In this document: one piece after another, positions 54,701 through 63,737 of the stretch | Position numbering within the stretch: the stretch's first letter is position 1 | Layout: each line of letters begins with the position of its first letter | Assembly: GCA_051313645.2 (NCBI GenBank) | Contig: JBNRSN020000014.1 | Location: 119,908,001 to 119,972,000 of the forward strand | DNA: 64,000 nt | Direction of reading: 5' to 3' | Source of the DNA: Centroscyllium fabricii | Taxonomy: Eukaryota | Translations under genes and position numbers: made by a program | Notes under the pieces: model-generated | Told to the model about the DNA's origin: nothing | The model's input: the letters and a program-made list of their open reading frames with translations, nothing else | The model's database searches: none

Positions 54701-57700
54701 TCAAGATGAAACAGGATGCAACATATACACTTAACGAAGCATGTTTCAGAAATGTTTTATTTCAGGCTGGGACTCTCAAAGGAAGGGACTATTTCCAGTT
54801 GTCTATCAGTATATTAAAAAGCTTAGAAATCATATGATGTTCCATATCATGATAGTAATGCTCACTTTGTAAGCACAGCCGACTGCATTTGTGGTTACTA
54901 AAGAGATTTTATTGCACTGATCTAATGACCTAACAGCCTTTACTCATTCCTACATTCTCAAATTCTTATATTCTAACCAATGTATCAATGATCAAAACTC
55001 AAAAGCAAATACTGACCATTTTGGAAAGGAGGTAGCTGTGGTAATTAGAGCGAAGAAACATCCCAAAGTCTTCCACCCCCTAAGCCTGGGCACTGAGGAC
55101 AAATGTCACATCCAGGCCACTGGACCTGGTGTCCAGTAATTGAGTTATTATCAGTTTATTGTGACCATGTCTAACACTTCGGTTCGTATTGGCCCTTGAA
55201 GGACCAACTCACTTGGCATCCTAATACAATAGGTGGTATGGTGAGACATTCCTTATAATCATACATTGTGCCAATGTGTGATTGGTTAGAGGAGTGATGC
55301 TCCTTTTCACAATCAGTGCTGTCCATGATGCTGGTTTTATTAATCCCTAGCTTGTACCTGCTGAGCGCTTTATCCTTACCAAACAGGTTCTGGCATCATT
55401 CAACATATTTCGTCGTCTTGCTGATCGTTTTCCTAAGATATTAATGTTTGATTTCCCAACTAATTTGAAGAATGTCTGGCAGTTGGAGGATCTCCTGAAG
55501 TGTGCAGAGCTACAAAGTGAAACAGGAGATAGGTTCAGATTATATTAAGGAGGATGACCAGATTGATTGGTGACTTCCATAGTCCCAATTGTCTCTCCTT
55601 TTCTCCCTTCTTCTACTCAAGGTGCACACAGTCAAAGAATTTCACACACATACAAACACACGCACACACTTCCCAGATGGATATCAGTGTGAGATCCCCA
55701 AATCTTCCACCTCTGGGCATTGAGGACAATTGTCACAGCCATACCACTGCCTTCACATCATCTCATTTTGTAACATTAATTTATGGATTATATGCACAAT
55801 GAAAGAGTTAAATATTAGAATTTTAAAAGCTTGTTGGTTGAGTCAAACTCAAACTAAACAACATTCTATGCTGTTCTTTTGTTTTCCTCCTGAATCATTC
55901 TCGAGTTACTTTTTCAATAGATGCCCCAGAGGCATATACCCTTGACATCAAACATCATTCACAAACACAGGTAAAATAGAGGGAGGTGGTGACCTGCTCC
56001 TGGCTGTTGAGTGTAGTAGATCGCGTTAATCTCACCTCTAATTTTCCTCCCTTATAAAATCATAGAATAGTACAGCACAGAAGGAGGCCATTCGGCCCAT
56101 CGGGTCTGTGCCGGCTCTTTTGAGGAATAATCCGTTAGTCCCACTCTCCCGCTCTTTCCCCATAGCCATGCTTTATTTTCTCCTTCAAGTATTTATCTAA
56201 TTCCCTTTTGAAATCTATTCAATTTGAATGCCCCACCCTATCAGGCAGTTATATCCCAAAGGCAGTTACAAGTTAAAGCGCTCATGGGTCCTTACGGATT
56301 TCATTATCAAAGCTCTTTTCAACAAAACAATTGAGGAAAATGTCGATAAAATAGAACATACTTGAAGAACAGCAGAACATCCACAGGGAAGGTGTCTATG
56401 GCTAATCGCGTTCCATTAGAAGTTAGTCTAGCAGCCATACAGTCCAGCTGAAAAGAGAGGCCACAAATTCAGGTTGTGAACAGAAAGATAAAAACCTACA
56501 TTCGTTGGTGATGTTCCTCAGGACACCCCATTTTCTTTTGTTGTAAATGGCTTTCTCTGAATTTGGTGAGCAGTTGATTATAGAAAGTTTTGCCAAATCA
56601 CAACAACCAACATTTCACCTCCATACAAACTGTAACTTACGACTCGACTCAGCTACATTTCAGACTTAAAATCATTTTCACTCACATTTTCGTCCTCGGG
56701 AATTTGACATGTATCTACAGGAAACAGTATCCCCCGGGTGCTCCGGTTTCCTCCCACAGTCCAAAGATGTGCGGGTTAGGTTGATTGGCCATGATAAATT
56801 GACCCTTAGTGTTAGGGGGATTTAATATGTGGGGTTACGGGGACAGGGTGGGATATGTGTCGGTGTAGGCTCGATAGGGATCGAGGGATATGGGGAGAGG
56901 GCAGGGGCGGGGTACTGGGTTTGGATGATCAGCCATGATCTCATTGAATGGTGGAGCAGGCTCGAAGGGCTGAATGGCCTACTCCTGCTCCTATCTTCTA
57001 TGTTTCTATGAAACTCTTTTTTTATCCGGCACCGACAGGACCGGCGTGGTGCTGGTTTATCAAAAAGTCAGGATTACAGAGAGGTATTGTTAAAAGGTAC
57101 AACAGGCCATAAACTCAGGCTTCCCTGTTGCTTAGCAACAGCTTCAAGAACAAATCCAGGCTTCCCTATTGCTTAGCAACAGGTGCAGGAACCCGATTAC
57201 ACAGCCACAGATCCAGGAACCGCCACTAATATGCAGTAAAACTTACCTGAACCTACTCCTGAATTTTGCCGGTTAATAGAGAATTCAGGATATTTAGGTG
57301 CCGTTTAAACGAGAGTTTACTGTACTTGAATATCAAGTCGGGGAGCTATCACACATTTTGTTAACTCAAGTCAATCTTGCAGTTAGATAGTGGAATGGGC
57401 ATCTTACACGGTCAACTGTCCATGCTGTAAGATTCTGTACTTCAGTCATTTGGTCAATGTTGACCATAGCCATTTTGTCATGTTCTACCCTAGTCCTGAT
57501 ATTACAGGGTAGATTTAACAAATTTGTGCTCCTGGCACTGACCCTTGGTGCTCGGAGTACATATCATGAATTAGAGCGTGGAGGTCATTGAGTCCCATAG
57601 GATTTTCCATTCATTAAAATTTATTTGCAAAATACACTCTGTTACTTTTACATTTAAGAACATAAGAAATAGGAGCAGGAGTAGGCCATTCGGCCCTTCA

Positions 57701-60700
57701 AGCACGCTCCGCCATTCAATGAGATCATGGCTAAACTTCTGTTTCAACTCCATTCACCGACCCTATCGCCATATTCTTTGATGCCCTTACTAGTCAGAAA
57801 TCTAGCGACTTCTGTTTTGAATATACCAAATGACTGAGCCTCCACAGCCCTCTGGGGTAGAGAATTCCACAGATTCACCACCCTCTATGTGAAGAAATAT
57901 CTTCTCAACTCAGTCCTGAATGGCCTACCCTTGATCCTGAGGCTGTGGCCCCTGCCAAGGGGAACATTCTCCCAGCATCCATCCCATCAAGCCCTGTAAT
58001 GATTTTGTATGCTTCAATGAGATCCCCTCTCATTATTCTGAATTCATGAGAATACAGGCCTAGTTTACTCAATCTCTTCTCATACAACAGTTCCGCCAAC
58101 CCAGGAATCAATCTTATGAACCTTCGTTGCATTCCCTTCTATGGCAAGTATAACCTTCCTTAGGTAAGGAGACCAAAATTGTACACAGTACTCCAAGTGT
58201 GGTCTCAGCAAGGCCCTTTATAATTGGAGTAAGACTTCTTTACTCCTGTACTCAAATCCTCTTGTAATGAAGGCCAGCATACCATTTGCCTTCCTAAATG
58301 GCTTGCTGCAGTTCCACTTTCACTTTCAGTGACTCATGTACAAGGACACCCAGGTCCCTTTGTGCATCTGCATTTCCCAAATCTTTCACCATTTAGGAAA
58401 TACTCTGCCTTTCTGTTTTTTCTACCAAAGTGGATAACTTCACACTTATCCACATTATATTCCATCTGCCATGTTCTCGCCCACTTACTGGGCTTGTCGA
58501 AATCCCCTTGAAGCCTCTTCACATCCTCTTTGCAACTAACACTGCCAGCTAGCTTTGTATCATCAGCAAATTTGGGAATGTTACATTTAGTCCCCTCATC
58601 CAAATCATTGACATAGATTGTGAATAGCTGGGACCCAAGCACCGATCCTTGCTATACCCGACTAGTCACAGCCTGCCATCCTGAAAAAGACCAGTTTATC
58701 CCTACTCTTCGTTTTCTGTCTGTTAACCAATTCTCAATCAATGCTGGTATATTACCCCCTATTCCATGTGCCCTAATTTTGTTCACAAACCACATGTGTT
58801 GGACCTTATTGGAGACCTTCTAAAAATGCAGATACACCACATCTACCGGTTCCCCTTTGTCTACTCTACTCCACTAGTTACATCCTCAAAGAACTCCAAT
58901 TGGTTTGTCAAACAAGATTTCCCTTTCATAAATCCATGTTGACTCTGTCCAATCTTACTATTAGTTTCTAAGTGCCCAGTCATTGCATCCTTTATAATAG
59001 ATTCAAGCATTTTTCCAACTACTAATGTGAGGCTAAGAGGTCTGTGGTTCCACGTTTTCTCTCTCCCTCCTTTAAATAGTGGAGTTATATTTGTTATCCT
59101 CCAATCTGAAGGAACCATTCCAGAATCTATAGAATTTTGGAAGATCACAACCAATGCGTCCACTATTCCGATGGCCACCTCTTTCAAAACCCTAGGATTT
59201 CGGTCATCCGGTCCTTGGGATTTATCGACTTTTAGTCCCATTAATTTTGTTAGTACTGTTTTTTACTAATAATTCCTTTAAGTTCCTCATTCTCAATTAA
59301 ACCAATCCATCAGCAACAATGGAAAATGTGCTTAATGGGAATACACTCAAACTTTCCTCCAATGCGATTTTTGTGAATGACCTCACCTGACTTTCATCAA
59401 GCACGACCCCTTTACCCTTCATTGCTTGAACAAGCTGAATAAATGTCGGATCATTCAGGGTCTTCACTGCACCACAACTGAAGCCTTGCAGGACAGAGGG
59501 TGAGAATCTGAAACAAATAATGGCATCATAAATTCATTTCTAAATAACTCACTTTCTTCGTAACTTTCAAACCTGTTATCACAATCTCTACATCATTTAT
59601 ATTTGTAACACAATCATCCATTGAGTGACTGGATCTCCACTTTATTACATTTTACCCATCTGAACACCGAGATACTGGGCCTATTTCAGCAATCATGAGG
59701 GGCTGAGTTGTGGAACGAGGGCTATCACACAAGTTTACAATCTGAAATGTACACCCACTTGGGCCAAATCATTCAACTCAATGTAATAATTTCAGTTGAT
59801 GCAAGTTCTGCTGCAGCCTAATGTGGCTCACTGTATGCCTGAAATCTTCATTTCATACTTTAGAGCTGATCAAACAGGAACTTTTGGATTCTAAGAATTA
59901 CAGGGGACACATTGACCAATTGGAGCTCCCAAATTTGGGACCCAGAAATAGTTATTGTCATTGCATTGGACAAAATATTCAACTCGTAAACATTGCTCTG
60001 TGAAAGATAGTGCGAGCATTCCACTCACAACAGGTTTAATTATTGACTTAAACTAGAACTCCGTTCCTTGGATAAAAGATTCTGCTCTACAGATTATGGC
60101 CGCGATTTTACCTGAAGAGGCGAGTTGGGAGCGGGTCAGCTGACTTGTGGGTTCTGATCCTGCCCCCAACGACGCCCGACGCACAGACGCTATTTTGCGT
60201 CAATTGGCCTGGTTAAGCCTGCCCTGCAGACTTGCCGGCCAAGTAAGAGAAAGCCGGTGTCAGATGACGTCAGTTGAGGACGCATCATCTGCAAGTTTTC
60301 TTAAAGGGGACACGCTCATTTTTGTTTGACAGAATATTTTTCAATGTTTAACAGCACTGAGGTGCTGCAAACACTGACAATCAGTGTACAAAGGTGACCC
60401 CTTGCACCCAGACTCTCCAGAGACCCTCTTCTTAGGATAGAACAGATGGCAGCTGAAGGTGAGGTTACAGAAGCAATCTGTCACTGGTGAGAGAGGTTCT
60501 CCCAATGAACTGGGACTACACAAACACTTCAAACCTTACTATCTACAGAAAAGTCTAGTGGGGAGAAATTTAGAAACATAGAAACTAGGAGCAGGAGTAG
60601 GCCATTCGGCCCTTCGAGCCTGCTTCGCCATTCAATGAGATCATGGCTGATCAACCAAACCCAGTACCCTGTCCCTGCCCTCTCCCCATATCCCTCGATC

Positions 60701-63700
60701 CCTATCGAGCCTGCATCGACACATATCCCACCCTATCCCCGTAACCCCACATATTCAATCCCCCTAACACTAAGGGTCAATTTATCCTGGCCAATCAACC
60801 TAACCCGCACATCTTTGGACTGTGGGAGGAAACCGGAGCACCCGGAGGAAACCCACGCAGACACGGGGAGAATGTGCAAACTCCACACAGATAGTACCCG
60901 AGGCTGGATTTGAACCCGGGTCTCCAGTGCTGTGAGGCAACAGTGCTAACCACTGTGCCACATTGCCGCCCTAATTTGGTTGCTTTCCGCCTGCCGTTAG
61001 CGCTCTAAATTCTGTGGGAGGTTAGTGACGGCGGTAATTTTTAGTGCCCCACGGTACTGCCCCACCGGCGATCACGTCGTCACCGTGCGCCGCGCCTGCT
61101 CGCGACCCGGCCGCGATCTTTGGTAGCGCACCCTGACTTACTGCCGGCCGCCACATTCGACGGGGTCAGGGGGTCTAACTGCAGCCGGCGCGGCGCTTAT
61201 TAAAGGCGAGGTGCCGGTGGACATTTTTGTTGCTGGCCGCCAGCCAGCACCTGCCTCCGTTGCAGTCCCTGGTCTTCTGAGCAGCACCCCCCCGCCACCC
61301 CCAGAGTGCCGGGGGCACTCCATGAGCCAGCACTTTTGCCGGCACTCTGCTCCCAGTGGCCCTGGGTCGCACTGCGCAACGCCCTATCCCCTTAAGGGGA
61401 GGAAGGCCTACAATACAGTGCCGCAATATCCCCTCGCAGCGCCCCAAGAGGGAGGTGGGCCGTGACCAATGAATTTTGGCCGCGGGGGTGCTAGTTTTTT
61501 CGCCCTCTTGGGATGCATTACCAATGAATTTCGGCCGCGGGTTGCTAATTTGTTCGTAGCGCCCCGGTGACGTTAGAGTCCCAAAGGGGGCGCAGATCAA
61601 TATTTTCCAATGAATCAAAAATGATTTTCCAGCATTTCTTAGCTCTGAAACTCACCAGTGTGCCATTGGATCCTTCACACAACTTGCAGCTATCATCAAT
61701 GAAGAAACATTACAGTAGACTCACAACACGCCACACTTACCTGCCACGGTGTCCAGATGTCGGGAAGCCCGCTGTCGACCTGGCAAATTTGGAGAAAGCC
61801 TCTTAACTGCCTCTTAACAAGCAGTTAAGTGGCTATAATCCTCTTCCCGCCGCTCGAAGTCGGATGCGTGCACAAATCGGGGACCCGACTCCCGGGAAGA
61901 TTGATTGGAGGCGGGTTGGAAGCGGGTTCGGGACCCGCTGCCAATCTTTGATTTTGCCAGCAGTCTCCCCTTCAAACCCGACCACTGAGCACCGGCAAAA
62001 TCGAGCGCTATATATCAAGGCTCAAACAAAACCAAATTACACAGATGAGAATATAGACAGACGGAAGATGATAGGCAGAGAACCAGATCGATTGTCAAAG
62101 AATATTGCTTACTTCTTAAAATTGTTGCTGTTTCTGACCACATATTCAAAGAACACAGCAGACTGTGGGACAAAAACATTTAAATCATTAATATACACAA
62201 TGGAGTTACAAACTGCTTTTACACTAACACAATCTTGATAGTGCTCGGTCAAGTCTGATTTTTAAACTTATCTTGGAATTAATGCACATTTGCCAACTGC
62301 AGCTGATTTTCTTTCCAGGCATTGCCTTCGACAGTCAAACAATAGAATCATTTACCTGACTGGGCACCCACTGTTTGTTGTTGACATCATTGAGACTGAG
62401 GTTTGAAGCTAACAGCACAGGTGGGACCTCTTTGGCTAGAACAGATGGAATGTTCTTTACTGTGGTTACCGGGTCTTTTACATACCGCAACACCTGAGTT
62501 AGAATGAAACAGAATAGAATTTAAACCAGAACATACAACACCATGTGAGCAGCAGCTAGGGATGAAAACAGTCTTCAGACAAAAGCATTAATATAGGCAG
62601 AAGTAGGAAACAAATTAATTTTAGATTAATTTTAATACCACTGATATGTATCCCATGTCACTCACCTGCAGAACACAGATCATTTGTATAGGTTGTGGTG
62701 CTGCTCCAATATTCTGAACGAATGTCGGGTTTGAGATTACACTGATGAACACCCGAGGATCAATGCGTTGGAACACACCGCTTGGAATACCAGACAACAA
62801 GCTTCCCAGACTCCGCAGATTCTGTGTGCTAGTGACCTAGTTAACAAGCAGAAGACAAATCAAATGTTGTCAGGAGATGTCACAGGATTAAATCAGTTTT
62901 CCACTTTTTGTGGCATGACAGTGCGATTACAAACGTGTCCGCCTCCCCACACAATTGTGCAGAGAAAAGGTGATGAGAAATAACAGAAAATATTCTGCTG
63001 TCACTTCAATTGGCTTCACCTCTCCACACTTGGCTTAAGGGTCAATTCCTCTCTGTTTACACAAGAACCTGGATCGATAAGGACAATTACACGGTGTTGA
63101 AGATCATTGGAACTCATGTAACTCATGCTTCTGCACTTCACTCTCACAGGGTTTTTACGCCAGATCTTTCCTCCGTTTCATTCAGCCATCTATAATGTAT
63201 ATATAATGTATAATACTATAATGCATTTCTGATTTATTCAGCTCTTACCCGGAAGCCATTTCTGAGTAACGTAGTTACAATCGCATTGGCCTGGCCAAAA
63301 TTCCAGCCTCTGACATTACTCAGGCTTGGCAGGGCTTGCTCCAGAGTGTTCCCATCAATATCGCCAACCTGTGACAATGACAGTCCGACAGCTGTTTGTC
63401 CCAAAGTATTCAAAGTGCTGACTGAAAAGTTGTCAATTTTGCTCACTAAAACTATCGACAGCTGGAAAAGAAACAGAAATAGCATTAATACTGGACGTCT
63501 TTCTCAGCATACACTTTAAGTGAAATCACAAGGTTTTGCAGCAAATATTTCCTATTTACCTTAAGTTGTTCGTCTGTTGGACCTTCAGCAGGTAATGTTT
63601 CATTGGCAGTTGTGTTAGGTGGCATGCTCTGCCCACAGACTTGGTTTATCTTTCCAATCACAGCCAGGACTTGCTGTGCACTCAAGGACTGAAGTAGATT

Positions 63701-63737
63701 AGTGTCGGTAATGAAGCAGACCAGCGAGTCTGGCAGA
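3582..63737 (-). CDS. msln: Giant multi-exon mesothelin-like protein (mesothelin/otoancorin/stereocilin family); internal part only, 52 exons in window, open at both ends
   Basis: 52 AG..GT-bounded exons with compatible phases and no in-frame stop. E14-E25 align motif by motif with human mesothelin as recalled: [11 protein letters not shown]~[18 protein letters not shown]~[17 protein letters not shown]~LGGLACDL, YGVPSSWS~[17 protein letters not shown]~[28 protein letters not shown]~GGAPTEDLKAL..VSMDLATF, GLTGGIP~GLQGGIP. Exact orthology (msln vs mslnl) not established. Confidence 0.85.
3877..4019 (-). mobile_element. CR1/SINE 3'-tail fragment (copy at 38160-38302)
   Basis: taagaacataagaa..ggagcaggagtagg..cggccc..ccattcaataagatcatggctgat. 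Confidence 0.8.
4153..4234 (-). CDS. Exon E29 (2-0) STLNNFL...[13 protein letters not shown]
   Basis: ccacag / gtaagc, 82 nt. Confidence 0.85.
4506..4533 (-). CDS. Micro-exon E28 (1-2) ETTLCAAVN
   Basis: ttcaaacag / gtaaga, 28 nt; bridges phase 1 to phase 2. Confidence 0.75.
4629..4650 (-). CDS. Micro-exon E27 (0-1) PGKTTVN
   Basis: strong ctttctcttccttag acceptor / gtgagt donor, 22 nt. Confidence 0.65.
4913..4929 (-). CDS. Micro-exon E26 (1-0) EPQPDT
   Basis: attttcag / gtaaga, 17 nt; phase fits only when paired with E27. Confidence 0.55.
5105..6698. mobile_element. Non-autonomous PIF/Harbinger-type element with a nested GC-rich MITE (~5494-6260)
   Basis: Imperfect TIRs GGCCTCGATTTTCATT / rc GGGGGTGATTTTCATT, 3-bp AAT TSD; CpG-rich interior. 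Confidence 0.7.
6993..7152 (-). CDS. Exon E25 (0-1) [12 protein letters not shown]...[12 protein letters not shown] (end of mesothelin homology)
   Basis: tttcag / gtaatt, 160 nt; equivalent to the last pre-GPI exon of mesothelin. Confidence 0.9.
7651..8050 (+). mobile_element. Full-length tRNA-derived V-SINE (shark HE1-like)
   Basis: A box TGGCACAGTGG, B box GGTTCAAATCC, V-domain GGGTTTCCTCCGGGTGCTCCGGTTTCCTCCCACAGTCCAAAGA, CR1-like tail. Confidence 0.9.
8373..8467 (-). CDS. Exon E24 (1-0) [11 protein letters not shown]...NMDFATF...EVK
   Basis: cttcag / gtatgt, 95 nt. Confidence 0.9.
9488..9621 (-). CDS. Exon E23 (2-1) [10 protein letters not shown]...YFHLIKVYV
   Basis: ccacag / gtgagt, 134 nt. 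Confidence 0.9.
9755..10883 (+). mobile_element. Decayed 5'-truncated CR1 LINE (RT C-terminus + 3' UTR)
   Basis: [39 protein letters not shown]; in-frame stop; TTCTTATG tail. Confidence 0.92.
10934..11696. mobile_element. MITE with GC-rich arms and AT-rich core (copy at 45217-45979)
   Basis: Ends GGGGCAGAAATT / rc GGCCCAAAAATT; flanks AAT/ACT. Confidence 0.6.
12081..12208 (-). CDS. Exon E22 (0-2) VKSIITRYL...[10 protein letters not shown]
   Basis: ctgcag / gtaagt, 128 nt. Confidence 0.9.
12521..13174. mobile_element. GC-rich MITE related to 5494-6260, opposite orientation (copy at 46804-47457)
   Basis: Shared motifs (gccattttgttgc, gatgacgtcat, ccgttag/taacgg); GGGG..AAATT-type ends. Confidence 0.65.
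13281..13427 (-). CDS. Exon E21 (0-0) [15 protein letters not shown]...WNIT...LEITT
   Basis: aaacag / gtactg (weak donor), 147 nt. Confidence 0.88.
13576..16370. mobile_element. Degenerate two-gene PIF/Harbinger transposon (HARBI1-like transposase on -, Myb/SANT-like partner on +)
   Basis: Minus ORF 15740-16168 RVYR..LDM.E.QC.RRLRLS..VVADIC..L...L.P....[19 protein letters not shown]; plus-strand ERTGGGPP...LTTAEE near 13920; convergent, frameshifted; right boundary uncertain. Confidence 0.8.
16680..16980. mobile_element. Old SINE/L2-type 3' tail followed by a short self-complementary (Penelope-like) repeat (copy at 50963-51263)
   Basis: tgaaaggcactatataaatgcaag tail; inverted arms gaaaatg..cagcaggtc / gacctgctg..cattttc; family assignment from recall. 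Confidence 0.5.
17016..17194 (-). CDS. Exon E20 (1-0) CTEGPI...QLDLCL...[11 protein letters not shown]
   Basis: ttccag / gtatga, 179 nt. Confidence 0.9.
17934..18054 (-). CDS. Exon E19 (0-1) [10 protein letters not shown]...LRGRSNNTA
   Basis: atgcag / gtatgt, 121 nt; positionally equivalent to the mesothelin furin-site exon. Confidence 0.85.
18752..18839 (-). CDS. Exon E18 (2-0) [14 protein letters not shown]...QVNR
   Basis: ctgtag / gtatgc, 88 nt. Confidence 0.9.
19627..19817 (-). CDS. Exon E17 (0-2) RISGRNLT...LGVLVCDL...GASKY
   Basis: attcag / gtgagt, 191 nt. Confidence 0.9.
21097..21226 (-). CDS. Exon E16 (2-0) [14 protein letters not shown]...ARTCL
   Basis: ttgtag / gtaagg, 130 nt. 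Confidence 0.9.
21775..21965 (-). mobile_element. CR1 3'-end fragment (copy at 56058-56248)
   Basis: atcatagaa..acagcacagaaggaggccattcggcccatc tail/stem-loop. Confidence 0.75.
22079..22164 (-). CDS. Exon E15 (0-2) LDCMAARL...FPVDVLLFF
   Basis: tttcag / gtatgt, 86 nt; matches mesothelin LRCLAHRL...PLDLLLFLN. Confidence 0.9.
22435..23039. mobile_element. Tc1/mariner (Tigger/pogo-like) MITE interrupted by a truncated V-SINE (22443-22730); copy at 56718-57322
   Basis: TA flanks; reconstructed TIR CAGGAAACTCT..TTATCCGGCAC vs rc CAGTAAACTCTCGTTTAAACGGCAC; GAAAC duplicated around the SINE. Confidence 0.7.
23372..24992 (-). mobile_element. Decayed CR1 LINE (RT + 3' end)
   Basis: Fragmented ORFs with [40 protein letters not shown]. 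Confidence 0.92.
25082..25202 (-). CDS. Exon E14 (2-0) [14 protein letters not shown]...VVLDESQ (start of mesothelin homology)
   Basis: tttcag / gtgagg, 121 nt; matches the mesothelin LLGFPC...VKLSTEQ exon. Confidence 0.9.
25793..27702. mobile_element. Harbinger-type non-autonomous element containing a MITE (26255-27302), which contains a V-SINE
   Basis: TIR GGCCGCGATTTTACC / rc GCGCTCGATTTTGCC, TAT TSD. Confidence 0.7.
26267..26667 (-). mobile_element. Full-length V-SINE (HE1-like); copy at 60572-60972
   Basis: Reverse complement of the 7651-8050 family; AATTT TSD. Confidence 0.9.
27807..27856 (-). CDS. Exon E13 (0-2) [16 protein letters not shown]
   Basis: ccacag / gtaagc, 50 nt; required to bridge phases. 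Confidence 0.8.
28050..28187 (-). CDS. Exon E12 (0-0) VLRYVKDP...NNKQWVPSQ
   Basis: actcag / gtaaat, 138 nt. Confidence 0.85.
28360..28530 (-). CDS. Exon E11 (0-0) [19 protein letters not shown]...ICVLQ
   Basis: aactag / gtgagt, 171 nt. Confidence 0.85.
28943..29155 (-). CDS. Exon E10 (0-0) LSIVLVSKI...LGQTAVGLS...GWNFGQA...NGFR
   Basis: ttccag / gtaaga, 213 nt. Confidence 0.88.
29254..29431 (-). CDS. Exon E9 (2-0) LPDSLVCFI...PTDEQLK
   Basis: ttacag / gtaaat, 178 nt. Confidence 0.85.
30203..30327 (-). CDS. Exon E8 (0-2) [11 protein letters not shown]...NPNVNIS
   Basis: gcgcag / gtaagt, 125 nt. Confidence 0.85.
30820..30953 (-). CDS. Exon E7 (1-0) [25 protein letters not shown]...NETQ
   Basis: caacag / gtacac, 134 nt; paralogous to E3. 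Confidence 0.85.
31253..31535 (+). mobile_element. Solo LTR (283 bp)
   Basis: TG...CA termini, exact 5-bp TSD ACCGT (31248-31252, 31536-31540), ATTAAA near 31480. Confidence 0.8.
31694..31782 (-). CDS. Exon E6 (2-1) [11 protein letters not shown]...IKAYLQQ
   Basis: ctttag / gtgaag, 89 nt; paralogous to E2. Confidence 0.8.
31927..31944. repeat. (TG)n microsatellite
   Basis: tgtgtgtgtgtgtgtgtg. Confidence 0.9.
32181..32380 (-). CDS. Exon E5 (0-2) SNLSAGNR...[12 protein letters not shown]...CLSYRK
   Basis: ttgcag / gtaagt, 200 nt; paralogous to E1. Confidence 0.85.
32553..33410 (+). mobile_element. 3' fragment of a non-CR1 LINE with C-terminal CCHC finger (RTEX-like)
   Basis: Open ~220-aa frame with YRLS..LAIE.GR-like motif and [10 protein letters not shown]....[10 protein letters not shown]; AATAAA and (TTGAA)n tail. 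Confidence 0.75.
33882..34037 (-). CDS. Exon E4 (0-0) [12 protein letters not shown]...[11 protein letters not shown]
   Basis: ttacag / gtgagc, 156 nt. Confidence 0.85.
34725..34852 (-). CDS. Exon E3 (1-0) [12 protein letters not shown]...LPSKRAVE
   Basis: tcccag / gtaaaa, 128 nt. Confidence 0.8.
35039..35133 (-). CDS. Exon E2 (2-1) [11 protein letters not shown]...IFGYLNTT
   Basis: atttag / gtaagc, 95 nt, open frame. Confidence 0.85.
35729..36491. mobile_element. Harbinger-type MITE
   Basis: TAA TSD both sides; ends GGGGGGGAATTT / rc GGAGGGGACTTT. Confidence 0.7.
36598..36809 (-). CDS. Exon E1 (phase 0-2) [12 protein letters not shown]...[12 protein letters not shown]...CDGYQAV
   Basis: tttcag acceptor, gtgagt donor, 212 nt; in frame after E30' (37865-38032). 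Confidence 0.85.
37865..63737 (-). CDS. Upper copy of the exon set (E9'-E30')
   Basis: Exons: 63560-63737, 63249-63461, 62666-62836, 62356-62493, 62113-62162, 59387-59507, 56362-56447, 55380-55509, 53910-54100, 53035-53122, 52217-52337, 51299-51477, 47564-47710, 46364-46491, 43771-43904, 42656-42750, 41276-41435, 39196-39212, 38912-38933, 38789-38816, 38436-38517, 37865-38032. Identical to the lower copy except two synonymous changes that I noticed. Confidence 0.85.
39388..40981. mobile_element. Copy of the 5105-6698 nested Harbinger-type element
   Basis: Offset 34283. Confidence 0.7.
41934..42333 (+). mobile_element. V-SINE copy
   Basis: Offset 34283 of 7651-8050. Confidence 0.9.
44038..45166 (+). 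mobile_element. Decayed CR1 copy
   Basis: Offset 34283 of 9755-10883. Confidence 0.92.
47859..50653. mobile_element. Degenerate Harbinger copy
   Basis: Offset 34283 of 13576-16370. Confidence 0.8.
57655..59297 (-). mobile_element. Decayed CR1 copy (retains 22 bp missing from the lower copy)
   Basis: 57835-57856 absent between 23551 and 23552. Confidence 0.92.
60098..62008. mobile_element. Copy of the nested element 25793-27702
   Basis: Offset 34305/34306. Confidence 0.7.
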
